Part shown: positions 1 through 12,291 of the stretch, one piece after another
Layout: the number at the start of each line of letters is the position of its first letter
Position numbering within the stretch: position 1 is the stretch's first letter
Assembly: GCA_026770705.1 (NCBI GenBank)
Contig: JANJGN010000121.1
Location: 682,001-746,000, forward strand
Origin: Isurus oxyrinchus
Taxonomy: Eukaryota
DNA length: 64,000 nt
Direction of reading: 5' to 3'
Translations under genes and position numbers: made by a program
The notes under the pieces: generated by a model
What the model saw: only the letters and a program-made list of their open reading frames with translations
What the model was told of the DNA's origin: nothing
Databases searched by the model: none

Positions 1-2532
1 TTGGAGAGAATTCCAAGGCAAGATCTTCGAAGTTGAAGACTGGAATCCCTCATGACAGAAATAGAGTTTCAGTGAGATTGGTTGACTGACAGTGTTCACT
101 GATGTCCGGGTGGGTTGTTGTGAAATCCATGGGCTCTATCTTGGTCACGTTTACAATTTAATGAGTAGTGTGGCTGTGAGACCACAGTTTGCCTGTTAAT
201 TCACATGAGCTCATATTAATCCAGAGTGTTAGAGTATAAGGTGGATATTGTGAATTATTTTATCTTTCTGAGTTGGTGCAGTAAAGTTTATTTTTGTTTG
301 TTTAAAAGCCATGGAATCTTGTAGCTTTATTCTCTTCACAAGCATCTTAAATCTCAAACCTCGTCTACTTGAAACAAAATATTATTGGTTCCTAACTATA
401 AATTATCAAAAAAAATTGGGTGTCTGTTCCTCCATCAGCAACTCTTCAGAATCCTGCTGAAGTCACGGATATTTCAGAAGGACAGGGAACAAGAGGTTTC
501 TGGTATCAGCGTTTCATGTGGGGCCCAGTTCAGTTTGAACAAATAAACAACACCATCTTTGAAAGTCATGAACCCACCACAGGGGCACCTCCGACACATG
601 CAGAGCTCAGGCGAGAGGCGCTTTGTTAGTGTGTTTCACAGTGTCTGCTGGAGTAGGGTCAGTGCTGAGAGGGTCTGCTCAAGGATCATAACAACCTGCA
701 CTTGCACCTTCCAAGTAATAAGATTTTGTAAATGTATTCATTCATGGGATGTGGGCGTCGCTGCCAAGGCCAGCATTTGCTGCCCATCTCTAATGTCCCG
801 TGACATAATCTCTGTAGCAGAGTAGAGACAATCATGATCACTCAGGATATTTGACATCTATCCACATGAGCAGCTTTACCTTCCTTCTCTCTTTCAGTTA
901 TCTTACTCCCTTATTGAAGTTTCTAGCATGGTGAGAACTGGATGGTTTGCTCGGACATTTCAGAGGAACCACGTTGCTATGAGTCTGGAGTCACATGGAG
1001 GCCAGACCAGATATAGACGGCAGATTTCCTTCCCTAAAGGCCATTAGTGAACCAGATGGGTGTGTATGACAATCGATGATAGTTTCATGGTCTCCATTAC
1101 TGAGACTAACTCCCATTAGTGTAAACAGAGTGAACAGTTTTCCATTGATCCCACCTTTCCCGTTCTCTCCGGTATTTTACACACTATTGCTCGATAATTT
1201 GATTCTGCCAAGGACCCCTTGGAAAATCATGGACCCCAGTTAGACAACCAATGGAATAAGGAATCTCTTTGGATTCTCATTGTCTAAGGAATCTCTTCGG
1301 ATCCTCATTGTCTGAAGAATCTCTTTGTATCCTCATTGTTTAAGGGATTATTTCTGATCCAAACCCCATATTGTTGTATTGTTGATTCCGATGCAGCATT
1401 GTAGACTGACTTGTCCCCAAGCTCAGCACTGACCCTACTCCAGCAGACACTGTGAAACACACTAACAAAGTGCCTCTAGCCTGAGCTCTGCATGTGTCGG
1501 AGGTGCCGCTGTGTTGGTTTCATGACTTTCAAAGATGCTGTTGTCATTTTTTTTGTTCAAACTGAACTGGGCCCCACATGAAGCGCTGATACCAGAAACC
1601 TCATGTTCCCTGTCCTTCTGAAATATCTATGATTCAGCAGGATTCTGAAGATTTGTTGATAAGGATCTAAAATTGTCTGATTGTCGAATGATACAACACA
1701 GGAGGAGCTCATGTGACCCATCGTGCATGTGCTGGCTCTTTCCCAATTCCTCTCCAGCACCTTTCACACAGCCCTGCAAATTTCCCTTCAAGTATTTATC
1801 CAGTTCCCCTTCTGAAAGTTCCTGTTGAATCTGCTTCCACCGCCCTTTCAGGCAGTGAGTCAATGGTCTCTCTCTGAGCTGCAAAGTGCTCAGATTCTGT
1901 GAAATTTAAACTATGCAGCAGATCAGAGACAATCATGATAACTCAGAATATTTGACACCTTTACACACAGACAGTTTTGCCTTTGTTCTCTCTTTCAGTT
2001 ATCTTGCTCCCTTATTGAAGTATCTAGCAAGGTGAGAATGGACAGGAAGTGTGACACTGAACAGCCTGTCTATTCTAGGGGCTGCTGTGTTGTCTTCATG
2101 GGAAATTCTGTCTAAAATCAGCAAAAGACACAAATTTCAGGGCATTGCTATCGGAGACCTCACATTAGGATAGGCTTCATCCATCAGTTTTTATCCCTGC
2201 TTCTCTACTCAACCCATCAATCCCCTTCGCTCACTGACCAACATCCGACAGCAGCTGAATTTTAAGATTCTGCTCTCACTGCTACAAACCTGCCTATCCC
2301 TGTAAACTCCTCCAGCCCCTACAACCCTCCAAGACCTCTGGTCTCCTCCAATTCTGCTGTCAGACAGGGAGTCAGTGTATATCAGTGAACACAGGGGTGA
2401 TGGGTGAATGGGACTTGGTGTGAGTTTGTACACTGGCTCACTGCGGAATCAGTTCCCTATCAGAGCTCAATAAGAATGATCTTTTACAAAGACTATTAAC
2501 CATAAATCTGTCCGAGCTGACGATGGTATTAC

Positions 2533-2572
2533 CTTGAAGAAGTGACAGGAGGAAGTAAGATTTCCCGATCAT
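2533..2572 (-). CDS. Unit A signal-peptide exon coding part (MIGKSYFLLSLLQ, phase 1); exon 2533-2614; no downstream exons found in the window
   Basis: tttctctttcag acceptor, ATG at 2572, CAAG|gtaat donor; near-identical to the leader exons of units B-E. Confidence 0.8.
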
Positions 2573-3022
2573 TGTCCACTCCCAGATATTTCCTCAGCTT
2601 CTAACTCTGAAGTTCTGAAAGAGAAAGGAGTTAATGAGACTTCACCTCTTGTCCGAATGCTCTCGAGAGATCAGAACTGCTTTTAGACAATGTCTTCACA
2701 GACTAATTTGATTCTCTGTGGGATGATTGGTGCTCTGGAGAGAATTACAAGGCTTTCAGAAAGAAAAACAATGAAGGACTTGCATTTCTATAGCACCTTT
2801 CACCACCTCAGGATGTCCCAATGCTCATGTCCCTGCACTTCCCTCATCCCTTGAGCTAGAAAGATGTTCTGTACAACAGACTTGAGCCTCACACCCAGAT
2901 CTCAATAATCAGTAGAAATCTTTCAAAGGCATCAATCATTGGAATCTGTCTTTATAAAGTCACAACATCAACAAAGGACGGTGTTGGTGGTGGAAGTGAA
3001 TTCCAATCGTTCCGTTACTTAC

Positions 3023-3165
3023 CCAGGACCTGTCCGACTGCTCGCCTGGGGAGGAACTGCCCACACGCTCTGCTTGGGCTGAATGACCTCTTCCTGTGCT
3101 GCTCCCTCTGTGTGTTTAATTAGAAAGGGTTGATGTGTCTCTGTGAGTCAAAATGAGGAAGTTGG
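3023..3165 (-). promoter_or_regulatory. Unit A non-coding first exon (~3023-3100) and promoter with TATA-like TAATTAAA, ETS/PU.1-like GAGGAAGT (3155-3162) and AP-1-like TGAGTCA (3144-3150)
   Basis: CTGG|gtaagt donor at 3022; block conserved upstream of the leader exons. Confidence 0.6.
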
Positions 3166-3249
3166 AACAAAGTGAGAGAACAGCACTTTGCTGTGCACTG
3201 TCAGTAAACCCTGTGTCTGTATAAGAATATAAGAACAGAACAAGTAGGA

Positions 3250-3680
3250 TCAGCTGGACACCCTGACATTTCCCCTCCTTATATTCCATCCACTCATTTT
3301 TTTACCCACTCTTTGAAACTATTTATCTCCCTCTGCAGCCTCTTTGTGTCCTCCTCACAACTTGCTTTCCTGCTCAGCTTATATATTTCCTACCTATCTT
3401 CACCATACAGTCAGAAAATCTGCCTACAGTACAGTCAGTCCCTTCATCCAAGTCACTAATGTAGATAGTGAATAGTTGAGGCCTCAGCACTGATCCCTGT
3501 GGCTCTCCACTAGTTACAGTTTACCAAGCTGAAAATCACCCATTTATCCTGGCTCTCTGTTTCCTGTCAGTTAGCCAGTCCTCCTTCCATATTAATATAT
3601 CACCCCCAACACCATCCAATTTCACCCTGTGCAGTATCCTTTGATGTGGCACCTTAACGAATGCCTTTTGGAAATCCAGT
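3250..3680 (-). mobile_element. Degenerate CR1 LINE RT fragment
   Basis: Reverse complement of gaggcctcagcactgatccctgtggctctccac encodes the CR1 'SG(V)PQGSVL' motif; boundaries approximate. Confidence 0.55.
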
Positions 3681-4200
3681 GTCATGAAGATATATTTGTG
3701 TGTAACGTGTGCTTGGAAATAATATCTTCAAATAGAATTCTAGTGGTGGTCCATGTATAGGTGTGTGTCTGGGTGTGTCTTAATTGGATTAAAGCCAGCT
3801 GGTCTGTGTGCTTTGATGTTTAGTAGTTTTGAGATGTTAATTGGGTGAATTGTGAGGAGAACAGTAAATTGTTCATTTGCAATTGTTGAATAAACCATTC
3901 CAGACTGGGGGTAAAATCTTGCACCTAGTTAGAAGGAGCCAAAAGATGTGTTTTTTCTTGAACTTACTAATGAAATTGGTGCTATGAAAGGGGGTTTTAT
4001 TGTTAGAAGAGCTGGAGTTCAGAAGTCCGGGTGATACAATGGAAAATTTACATTCAAAGGGAAAGCTAGCTATATAAAGGAAGGAGTTTGTGTGTGTGAG
4101 GCAGGAGCATTTCAGACCGAACCAGCCTGTAGCCTCCAACCAACTTGCAAAGGAACCTCATTCGGAATTCGTAATGTCAAATGTGCTTTGCCTGGTGTCT
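3679..4200 (+). mobile_element. LTR-like repeat fragment, related to 7280-8022 and 10365-11104
   Basis: Shared blocks taattggattaaagccagc, ttattgttagaagag and ggaacctcatt. Confidence 0.45.
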
Positions 4201-4224
4201 ATATTATGTCAATGGTTTTATCCC

Positions 4225-4900
4225 TAATTACCTTGAGAAGGTGGTGGTGAGCTGCCTTCCTGAACCTCTGCACTCCATGTGGTGTAGGTACACCCACAAT
4301 GCAGTTAGAGAAGGAAGTCCAAGATTTTGACCAAGTGGCAGTGAAGGGACGGCGATATATTTCAAAATCAGGATGATGTGTGGCTTGGAGGCGAACTTCC
4401 AGGTGGTGGTGTTCCCCTATGCCTGCTGCCCTTGTCCTTCTCAATGGTAGAGGTCGTGGGTTTGGAAGGTGCTGTTGAAGGAACCTTGCTGAGTTGCTGA
4501 AGTTCATGTTGTAGATGGGACACACTGCTGCCACTGTGCATTGACGATGGAGGGAGTGAGTGTTGCTGTGGTTGAGGGGGAGCCAATCATGTGGGGCTGC
4601 TTTGTCCAGGGTGGTGTCGAGCTTCTTGAGTGTTGTTGGAGCTGCACTCATCCGGGCAAGTGGAGAGTATTCCATTCACACTCCTGCCTTGTGCTATGTC
4701 GATGATGGACAGGATTTGAGGAGTCAGGAGGTGAGTTACTCACCGCAGGATTCCCAGCCTCTGAACTGCTCTTGTAGCCACAATGTTTATGTGGCTGACC
4801 CAGTTCAGATTCTCGTCAATGGAAACCCCCAGGCTTTTGATATTCGGGGATTCAGTGATGGTGCTGCCATTGAATATCAAGGAGAGATGATTAGATTCCC
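4225..4900 (-). mobile_element. Non-LTR retrotransposon 3' part (family uncertain), same family as 8365-8830 and 11450-11920
   Basis: Shared translation 'SARxLQQHLPNPRPLP..RTRAA..EHHHLEV..KAAHHHLLK' in all three copies. Confidence 0.65.
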
Positions 4901-6174
4901 TCTTGCGTGCATTCAGATTAAGAACCTTTCTGTCTTTTCCCCATTTCCCCTACTCTGACCTTATTTGCTGGGACACTGGTTGGTGCTGGTTTCAGTCTCA
5001 GTTTGTCTCAGTTGCTCACACTCTGGCCTCTGTCTCGAGACTGATATTCCCTCTTGGTAGTGACAGTGATAGGGGTGTTGGGGAGGGTGTGGATATTGAC
5101 CCCACTGCTCCCCCTCCCCCACTCCGCCATTCTTTCCTGGGAGATCCGCCAGGATCCTTGTTCCAGCTGCGATGGGCAGCCCTTCCACACTTTCCTGTCG
5201 GTCCCGCACTTCATGTGTAAAAGCGCTAAGTTAGAGCAGGGATGGGGAAATGAACAGGGGGCGTGGAATGAGTGTGGAGGTCTCACAGCCAGAACTGACC
5301 CTGCCCACAACTCTGTGAAGGGGGGGAGGTTTCACCAGCTCTCTGTCTTAACAATATCGTAAACACAGGGTGAAGATTGTCCCCATTTCCTGTATCTTAA
5401 TAATATTGTAAAGACAACTGGGAGATGTCCTGCAGTCTCTGAGAAAGAATTTGGTGCACCTACAGCACCACCACTGGCAAGAGAGTGTAAGTACAGTGTG
5501 ACATGTTTACATGGGAAATTTTCATGATAAATGTGGACACAGGAATTTTTGATAATTTGGTGGGGAAATGCAATGATATGAAATAACAGATTGGAGCAGG
5601 AAGGTTGTCCTAGAGTAAGATGTTTAATAAAAATATATCTGTACAGAGTTATCTGGGCATTTCAATCCCTTGTGACAATAAATGTAATATCATAGAAAAT
5701 GCAAAGGCTTCTTGTAATCTATCACAGAATAAACAAGTTGCAGAATTCAGAAAGCACTTTCTGAAATGTTAACAAGGTTCAGTGACGTCACATTTCTGCT
5801 AATGACTATTCGGCCATGTTGGCTGCACGCAGTCAGGCAGTCCCTCGGTTGTGATGTGTCCACACAGCTGGACTGGGATGCATCAGCATCAAAGGACATG
5901 CTTAGTTGTTGCTGTGCAATGCATTTATTGCGAGCCTGTTGCACACACGCCCTGTCGAAGGAGCCTCCGTGTTTCCATTCTGAATCGAGGCAGATCAATA
6001 TTACTACAACAACTTGCATTTATATAGCACCCATAATGTAGCAAACTATCCCAAAGCTCTTCAGGGGATTGTTAACCACATATAAATCCATCTCTGAGAC
6101 ACATAATGAGATATTAGGGACAGGTGACAAAAAGCTGAGTTAACAGAGCCAGTTAATAAGGACCATGTTAAAGG

Positions 6175-6335
6175 AAGAGAGAGAGAGAGAGAGAGAGATA
6201 GAGAAGCAGAGGGAGAGAGATAGAGAGATAGAGAGAGAGGGACAGACAGAGAAGGAAAGAGAGATAGAGAGACAGAGAGAGAGAGAGACAGAGAAGGAGA
6301 GAGAGATAGAGAGACAGAGAAGGAGAGAGAGTGAC
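6175..6335. repeat. (GA)n-rich microsatellite (paralog 9110-9230)
   Basis: gagagagaga/gacagaga runs. Confidence 0.9.
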
Positions 6336-6534
6336 ACTGAATCTCTGTCCCCAATGACTCAGCATCAAGTCGTCACTGAGGAAACATTTCATTCCAAACC
6401 ACACCAACCACAGATCCATTCAGTACCTTCCTCCCTCTCTCCCCCTGTCCCCCAGTGGGTTGTCTCGTGTTCCATGGAATCTTAAGCCCTGCCCCCAACC
6501 ACAAACATCCTCACCCCCTCTCCCCGTTTCACAC

Positions 6535-6783
6535 TCAGTTTCGCTTGAATCTGATCTGTGCGTATTCCGTCTCCTCTTCCCTGTGGACAGACGCATCACC
6601 ACTGGACACCCTGAAGACTTGGGGATTGGCGTAGAGAAGGTCGTTGGGATTGTCAGGGATTCCATGTCCAGCATCGCCTCCCACTGCACCTTCAGAGAGA
6701 CCCCAGGGAGCTGGGGTCTCCCCCTCACTAGTTGTTTCTCTGGTTGTTTTCCGGGGCTCAGTAATCAGCACGTTCTGTTTACC
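6535..6783 (-). CDS. Unit B distal terminal cytoplasmic exon: GKQNVLITEPRK...DLLYANPQVF...EEETEYAQIRFKRN*
   Basis: ccatttctctgtag|GGT acceptor, phase 0, 249-bp open frame, ITSM TEYAQI; minus-strand AATAAA at 5924-5929. Confidence 0.8.
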   Translation of the reverse strand, partial: GKQNVLITEPRKTTRETTSEGETPAPWGLSEGAVGGDAGHGIPDNPNDLLYANPQVFRVSSGDASVHREEETEYAQIRFKRN

Positions 6784-6924
6784 CTACAGAGAAATGGAAA
6801 CAGAAGACATCCTCACATCATTTACTGGCACTGATAGGGTTAAATTATTGTGCAGCCTCGTTAGTGTCAGTCATGTCTCAGTGGGTTTAAATTTCTCTCA
6901 TATCATATAAAAGTCACCACCTAT

Positions 6925-7125
6925 GGCAATGCAGCACTCCCTCAGTACTGACCCTCTGACAGTGCAGCACTCCCTCAGTACAGACCCTCTGACAGTGCAG
7001 CACTCCCTCAATACTGACCCTCCGACAGTGCAGCACTCCCTCAGTACTGACCCTCCGACAGTGCAGCACTCGCTCAGTACTGACCCTCAGACAGTGCAGC
7101 ACTCTCTCAGTACTGACCCTCTGTC
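6925..7125 (+). repeat. 33-bp satellite array (actgaccctccgacagtgcagcactccctcagt)
   Basis: ~6 tandem units visible. Confidence 0.9.
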
Positions 7126-7279
7126 AGTCTCGCAATCCCTCTGAAATGTCTCTGGCGAGTGCTGGCTTAGATTCTGCACTCAGGTGCCTGGTGTGAGGCT
7201 CAATAACATGAAACTTGTAATCAGAGACATGATGAGAAAGAGAGAGAGAGGGAGAAAGAGAGAGGAAGGATTATGAATC

Positions 7280-8022
7280 TATTCATGTATGTATTGTAAA
7301 TGGAAATTGTCTTTTTAAACAGAGGTTTAGTCTGTGGGTGTGTGTGTGTGTGTTTTAATTGGATTAAAGACAGCCGGTCTGGGGACTTTGATGTATAGTA
7401 GCTTTGAGATGTAAACAAAGAGGTAAAGAGGCATATTGCATTTTTAAAAGGAGGATTCAAAGCCTGGGAGTGAATTCTTAAACCAATCAATGTTTATATT
7501 ACTAATAAAATTGATACTATGAAACGGGATTTATTGTTAGAAGAGATGGAGTTCAAAGGTCCTGATGATACAATGAGAATTTACATTCAAAGAGAAGCAT
7601 TGGGTATAACTTGAGCAGTTTTGTGTGTGCAGAGCAGAGGCTTGTAACATCAAAGCAGCTGTAAGCCTACACCTGTTAGCAAAGGAACCAAAGTGAAAAG
7701 AACCTCATTTGGAATTTGTGAGGTGAAAATGCTTTGCTTGGAATCTGCTTAAAGTCTATGGGTTATCTTAGAGGAGATTAGTTTGGGAATTTGTTATAAA
7801 GTTATGATAATACTAGTTTGTAGCCACGTGCATTTGTTTAACTTGTGTAAATTAATAAATGTCTCATGTAGTTTGATATAAACCCATCTCAAGAACTGAT
7901 GGTCTTATTCCTGAATTTAGAGATGCATCTCAAACATTCCACTGGGAAATATAGGTTATGACAGTTGTTTAAAGTTTCCCTCTGGGATTTTAAACAACAG
8001 CCTTTACCAGTTGCTGTGTCAT
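7280..8022 (+). mobile_element. Solo-LTR-like element in the tail intron (copy 10365-11104)
   Basis: Internal AATAAA, ends ...gtgtcataaca; similar to 3679-4200. Confidence 0.45.
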
Positions 8023-8148
8023 AACAGAGAGACTGCATGATACTGAACCATTGCTGACTCCACAGGTACAAATCAGTGGGAATCTGGGACATGTGTTGTC
8101 TACACACTGAGAGTGAAGCTTTGGAGTGAGTGTAAACAGTTCCTGTAC

Positions 8149-8230
8149 CTGGTGTTTCACAGAGAGTGGACTGGGGGTCAATGCAATGTCTCTGGTCCCT
8201 GAAACTCTCTCCTCCATCGCTGTCTTTCTC
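8149..8230 (-). CDS. Unit B distal juxtamembrane cytoplasmic exon (K)RKTAMEERVSGTRDIALTPSPLSVKHQ
   Basis: ttattgcag|G acceptor (phase 2, matches the TM exon), CAG|gtacag donor (phase 0, matches the terminal exon). Confidence 0.75.
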
Positions 8231-8364
8231 CTGCAATAACACAATATCACACTGTGGTTATCATATAGCAGAGAGTCAGTGCAGCACAGACACAGAGCAC
8301 ACTGTAACCTTACACCAACGAATGGGACTGTCTCTTTAAACCACTTCTGCACAAAGCACAGTAT

Positions 8365-8830
8365 CAAGAAGCTTGACACCATCCACAACAAAGCAGCCCG
8401 ATTGATCTACACCCCATCCCCCACATTGAACATTCACTCCCTCCACCATGAACACACAGTGGCAGCAGTGTGTGTACCATCTACAAGATGCACTGCAGCA
8501 ACTCAGCAAGGCTCCTTCAACAGCACCTTCCAAACCCACGACCTCTACCATCTAGAAGGACAAGGGCAGCAGACACATGGGAACACCACCACCTGGAAGT
8601 TCCCCTCCAAGTCACTCACCATCCTGACTTGGAAACATATCACCGTTCCTTCACTGTCGCTGGGTCAAAATCCTGGAACTCCCTCTCTAAAAGCACTGTG
8701 GGTGTACCTACACCACATGGACCGCAGCGGGTCAAGAAGGCAGCTCACCACCACCTTCTCAAGGGCAATTAGGGATGGGCATTAACGCTGACATCACCAG
8801 TGACAGCCACATTCGATGAAAGAATTAAAA
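8365..8830 (+). mobile_element. Non-LTR retrotransposon 3' end (copy 11450-11920)
   Basis: 'CTIYKMHCSNSARLLQQHLPNPRP...' followed by tail ccaccttctcaagggcaattagggatggg. Confidence 0.7.
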
Positions 8831-9153
8831 ATCTCACAGATCAATGTATTTATTGTGACCCTGCTGCACACACGCCCTGTCGAAGGAGCCTTTGTGGTTC
8901 CATTGTTAATCGAAGCAGATCAGAGTTACTACAACAACTTGCATTTCTTTAGCACCTTCAATGTAGCAAAACGTCCCAAGGCTCATCCGGGGATTGTTAG
9001 TCACATCTTCACCTGACTCTGAGGCACATGAGGAGATATTAGGGACAGGAGACCAACAGCTGAGTCAACAAAGTCAGTTCTTAACGGGCATCTTAAAGGA
9101 GGAGCTGGAGATAGAGAATGAGAGACAGACACAGAAAGAAAGACAGAGACAGG

Positions 9154-9187
<34 letters not shown>

Positions 9188-9188
9188 C

Positions 9189-9230
<42 letters not shown>

Positions 9231-9427
9231 TGAATCTCTATCCCCAATGGCTCAGCATCCAGTCCTCTCTGGAGAAGCATTTCATTCCAAACCACACCAA
9301 CCGCAGCCCAATCCCATCCCTTCCTCTCTCTCTCTCCCTCTCCCCCAGTGGGTTGTTTCCTGTTCCCAGGAATCTCAATCCCTACCCCCACACCCACACC
9401 TCCTCACTCCCATTCCCCATTTCTCAT

Positions 9428-9676
9428 TCAGTTATGCTCGAACCTGATCTGTGCGTATTCCGTCTCCTCTTCCCTGTGGACAGACCCATCACCACTGGAA
9501 ACCCTCAAAACTTGGGGATTGGCATAGAGAAGCTCGGCGGGATTGTCGGCGTTCCCATGTCCAGCATCGCCTCCCACTGGACCTTCAGAGAGACCCCGGG
9601 GAGCTGGGGTCTCCCCCTCACTAGTTGTGTCTCTGGTTGTGTTCTGGGGCTCAGTAATCAGCACGTTCTGTTTACC
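9428..9676 (-). CDS. Unit B proximal terminal cytoplasmic exon: GKQNVLITEPQN...ELLYANPQVL...EEETEYAQIRFEHN*
   Basis: ctctgtag|GGT acceptor, 249-bp open frame, ITSM TEYAQI; minus-strand AATAAA at 8849-8854. Confidence 0.85.
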   Translation of the reverse strand, partial: GKQNVLITEPQNTTRDTTSEGETPAPRGLSEGPVGGDAGHGNADNPAELLYANPQVLRVSSGDGSVHREEETEYAQIRFEHN

Positions 9677-9819
9677 CTACAGAGAAATGGAAACAGAAGA
9701 CATCCTCACATCATTTACTGGCACTGATAGGGTTAAATTATTGTGCAGCCGCGTTACTGTCAGTCGTGTCTCAGTAGGTTTAACGCTCTCTCTCATGTCA
9801 TATGATAGAAACCACATGT

Positions 9820-10185
9820 GACAGTGCAGCACTCCCTCAGTTCTGACCATCCGACAATGCAGCGCTCCCTCAGTCCTGATCCTCTGACAGTGCAGCACTC
9901 CCTCAGTACTGACCCTCCGACAGTGCAGCACTCCCTCAGTACTGACCCACCAACAGTGCAGCACTCCCTCAGTACTGACCCGCTTACAGTGCAGCACTCC
10001 CTCAGTCCTGACCCTCTGACAGTGCAGCACTCCCTCAGTACTGACCCTCCGACAGTGCAGCACTCCCTCAGTACTGACCCACCAACAGTGCAGCACTCCC
10101 TCTGTACTGATCCTCCGACAGTGCAGCACTTCCTCAGTACTGACCGTCCGACAATGCAGCAGTCCCTCAGTACTGACCCTCTGTC
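9820..10185 (+). repeat. 33-bp satellite array
   Basis: ~11 tandem units. Confidence 0.9.
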
Positions 10186-11236
10186 AGTCTCGCACTCCCT
10201 CGGTAATGGCTCTGGCGAGAGCTGGTTTGGATTCTGCACTCAAGTGTCTGATCTGAGGCTCATTAACATGAACCTTGTAATCAGAGAGAGAATGAGAGAG
10301 AGAGAGAGAGAGAAAGAAAGAGAGGTAGGGATAGAGAGAGAGACTGACATGATGCGATCAATGAATATCATGTTATTGGAAATTATTTTTATTAAAATAG
10401 AGGTTTATTCTGTGGGTGTGTCTGTGTGTGTATAAATTAGATTAAAGCCAGCCAGTCTGGGTACTTTGATGTATAGTAGTTTTGAGATGTAAACAGGGAG
10501 GCAAAGAGGTAATTTGCATTTTTAAACAGCGCATTCAGTGCCTGAGAGCGAAATCTTAAAACAATCAACATTTATATTACTAATAAAATTGATACTATGA
10601 AACGGGATTTATTGTTAGAAGAGATGGAGATCAAAGGTCCTGATGATACAATGAGAATTTACATTGAAAGAGAAGAGCTGGGTATAACTTGAGCAGTTTT
10701 GTGTGTGCAGAGCAGAGGCTTGTAACAGCAAAGCAGCTGTAAGCCTGCACCTGTCTGCAAAGGCACCAAAGTGAAAGGAACCTCATTTGGAATTTGTGAG
10801 GTGAAAATGCTTTGCCTGGTGTCTGCTTAAATTCTATGGGTTATCTTAGAGGAGATTAGTTTGGGAATTTGTTAAAAAGCCATGATAATACTAGCTTGTA
10901 GCCATGTGCATATGTTTAACTTGTGTTAATTAATAAATGGCTTATGTAGTTTGATATAAACCCATCTCGAGAACTGGTGGTCTTATTCCTGAATTTAAAG
11001 CTGCATCTCAAACATTCCACTGGGAAATATAGGTTATGACAGTTGTTTAAAGTTTCCCTCTGGGCTTTTAAACAACAGCCTTTACCAGTTGCTGTGTCAT
11101 AACAGAGAGACAGCATGATACTGAACCATTGCTGACTCCACAGGTACAAATCAGTGGGTAACAGGGCTGGGAATCTGGGACATGTGTTTACACACTGAGA
11201 TTGAAGCTTTGGAGTGAGTGTAAACAGCTCCTGTAC

Positions 11237-11318
11237 CTGGTGATTCACAGAGAGTGGACTGGGGGTCAATGCAATGTCACTGGTCCCTGAAACTCTCTCC
11301 TCCATCGCTGTCTTTCTC
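11237..11318 (-). CDS. Unit B proximal juxtamembrane cytoplasmic exon (K)RKTAMEERVSGTSDIALTPSPLSVNHQ
   Basis: gcag|G acceptor (phase 2), CAG|gtacag donor (phase 0), 82 bp. Confidence 0.8.
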
Positions 11319-12291
11319 CTGCAATAACACAATATCACACTGTGGTTATCATATAGCAGACAGTCAGTGCAGCACAGACACAGAGCCCTCTGTAACCTTA
11401 CACCAACGACTGGACTGTCTCTTTAAATCACTTCTGCACAAAGCACAGAATTAAGAAGCTCGACACCATCCAGGACAAAGCAGCCCGATTGATCCACACC
11501 CCATCCACCACATTAAACATTCACTCCCTCCACCATGAACACACAGTGGCAGCAGTGTGTGTACCATCTACAAGATGCACTGCAGCAACTCAGCAAGGCT
11601 CCTTCAACAGCACCTTCCAAACCCGCGACCTCTACCATCTAGAAGGACAAGGGCAGCAGACACATGGGAACACCACCACCTGGAAGTTCCCCTCCAAGTC
11701 ACTCACCATCCTGACTTGGAAATATATCACCATTCCTTCACTGTCGCTGGGTTAACATCCTGGAACTCTCTCTCTAACAGCACTGTGGGTGTACCTACAC
11801 CACATGGACTGCAGCGGGTCAAGAAGGCAGCTCACTACCTCCTTCTCAAGGGGCAATTAGAGATGGGCAATTAATATCGGCCTCACCAGTGACAGCCAGA
11901 TTCGATGTAAGAATTAAAAATCTCACAGCTCAGGAGGAAGCCACTCAGCCCATTGTGCCTGTGCTGGCCCTTTGAAAAAACTGTCCAATTAGTCCCAATA
12001 CCCAGACTGTTCAATCATTCCTGATGGTTATAACCACCACTCCGGTTGTGTGGAATCACAAGGTGACCTGATACAATCCAGGAGTAATCGTGCAGAGTGA
12101 GGAATCTCTGGTTCTCCTGATTGTTTACCTGGATACAGGACAATGAAAGGTTCTCTCCGGATCATAGTGGACACAGGGATCACTTACAGAGAGGGACCTG
12201 GTGCTGATCCCAAGGGAAACAATCACCAACTTAAGGAAAGAACTTTGAAGTAAATATTTAAATTAAAATCAAGTTAAATCTTCAGACTTAC

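Noticed and set aside
4903-5362. Overlapping ~100-aa ORFs in a GC-richer patch
   Set aside because: No recognisable domain, no convincing splice-bounded exon, and no paralog among the repeated gene units
6061-6485. ER/SL-rich ORFs (also 8994-9447)
   Set aside because: Translations of GA microsatellites
12188-12230. Possible extra mini-exon after the TM exon (minus-strand gtaagt at 12182-12187)
   Set aside because: It would need a ~60-nt intron with a weak acceptor, and the TM exon already joins 11318 in the correct phase.
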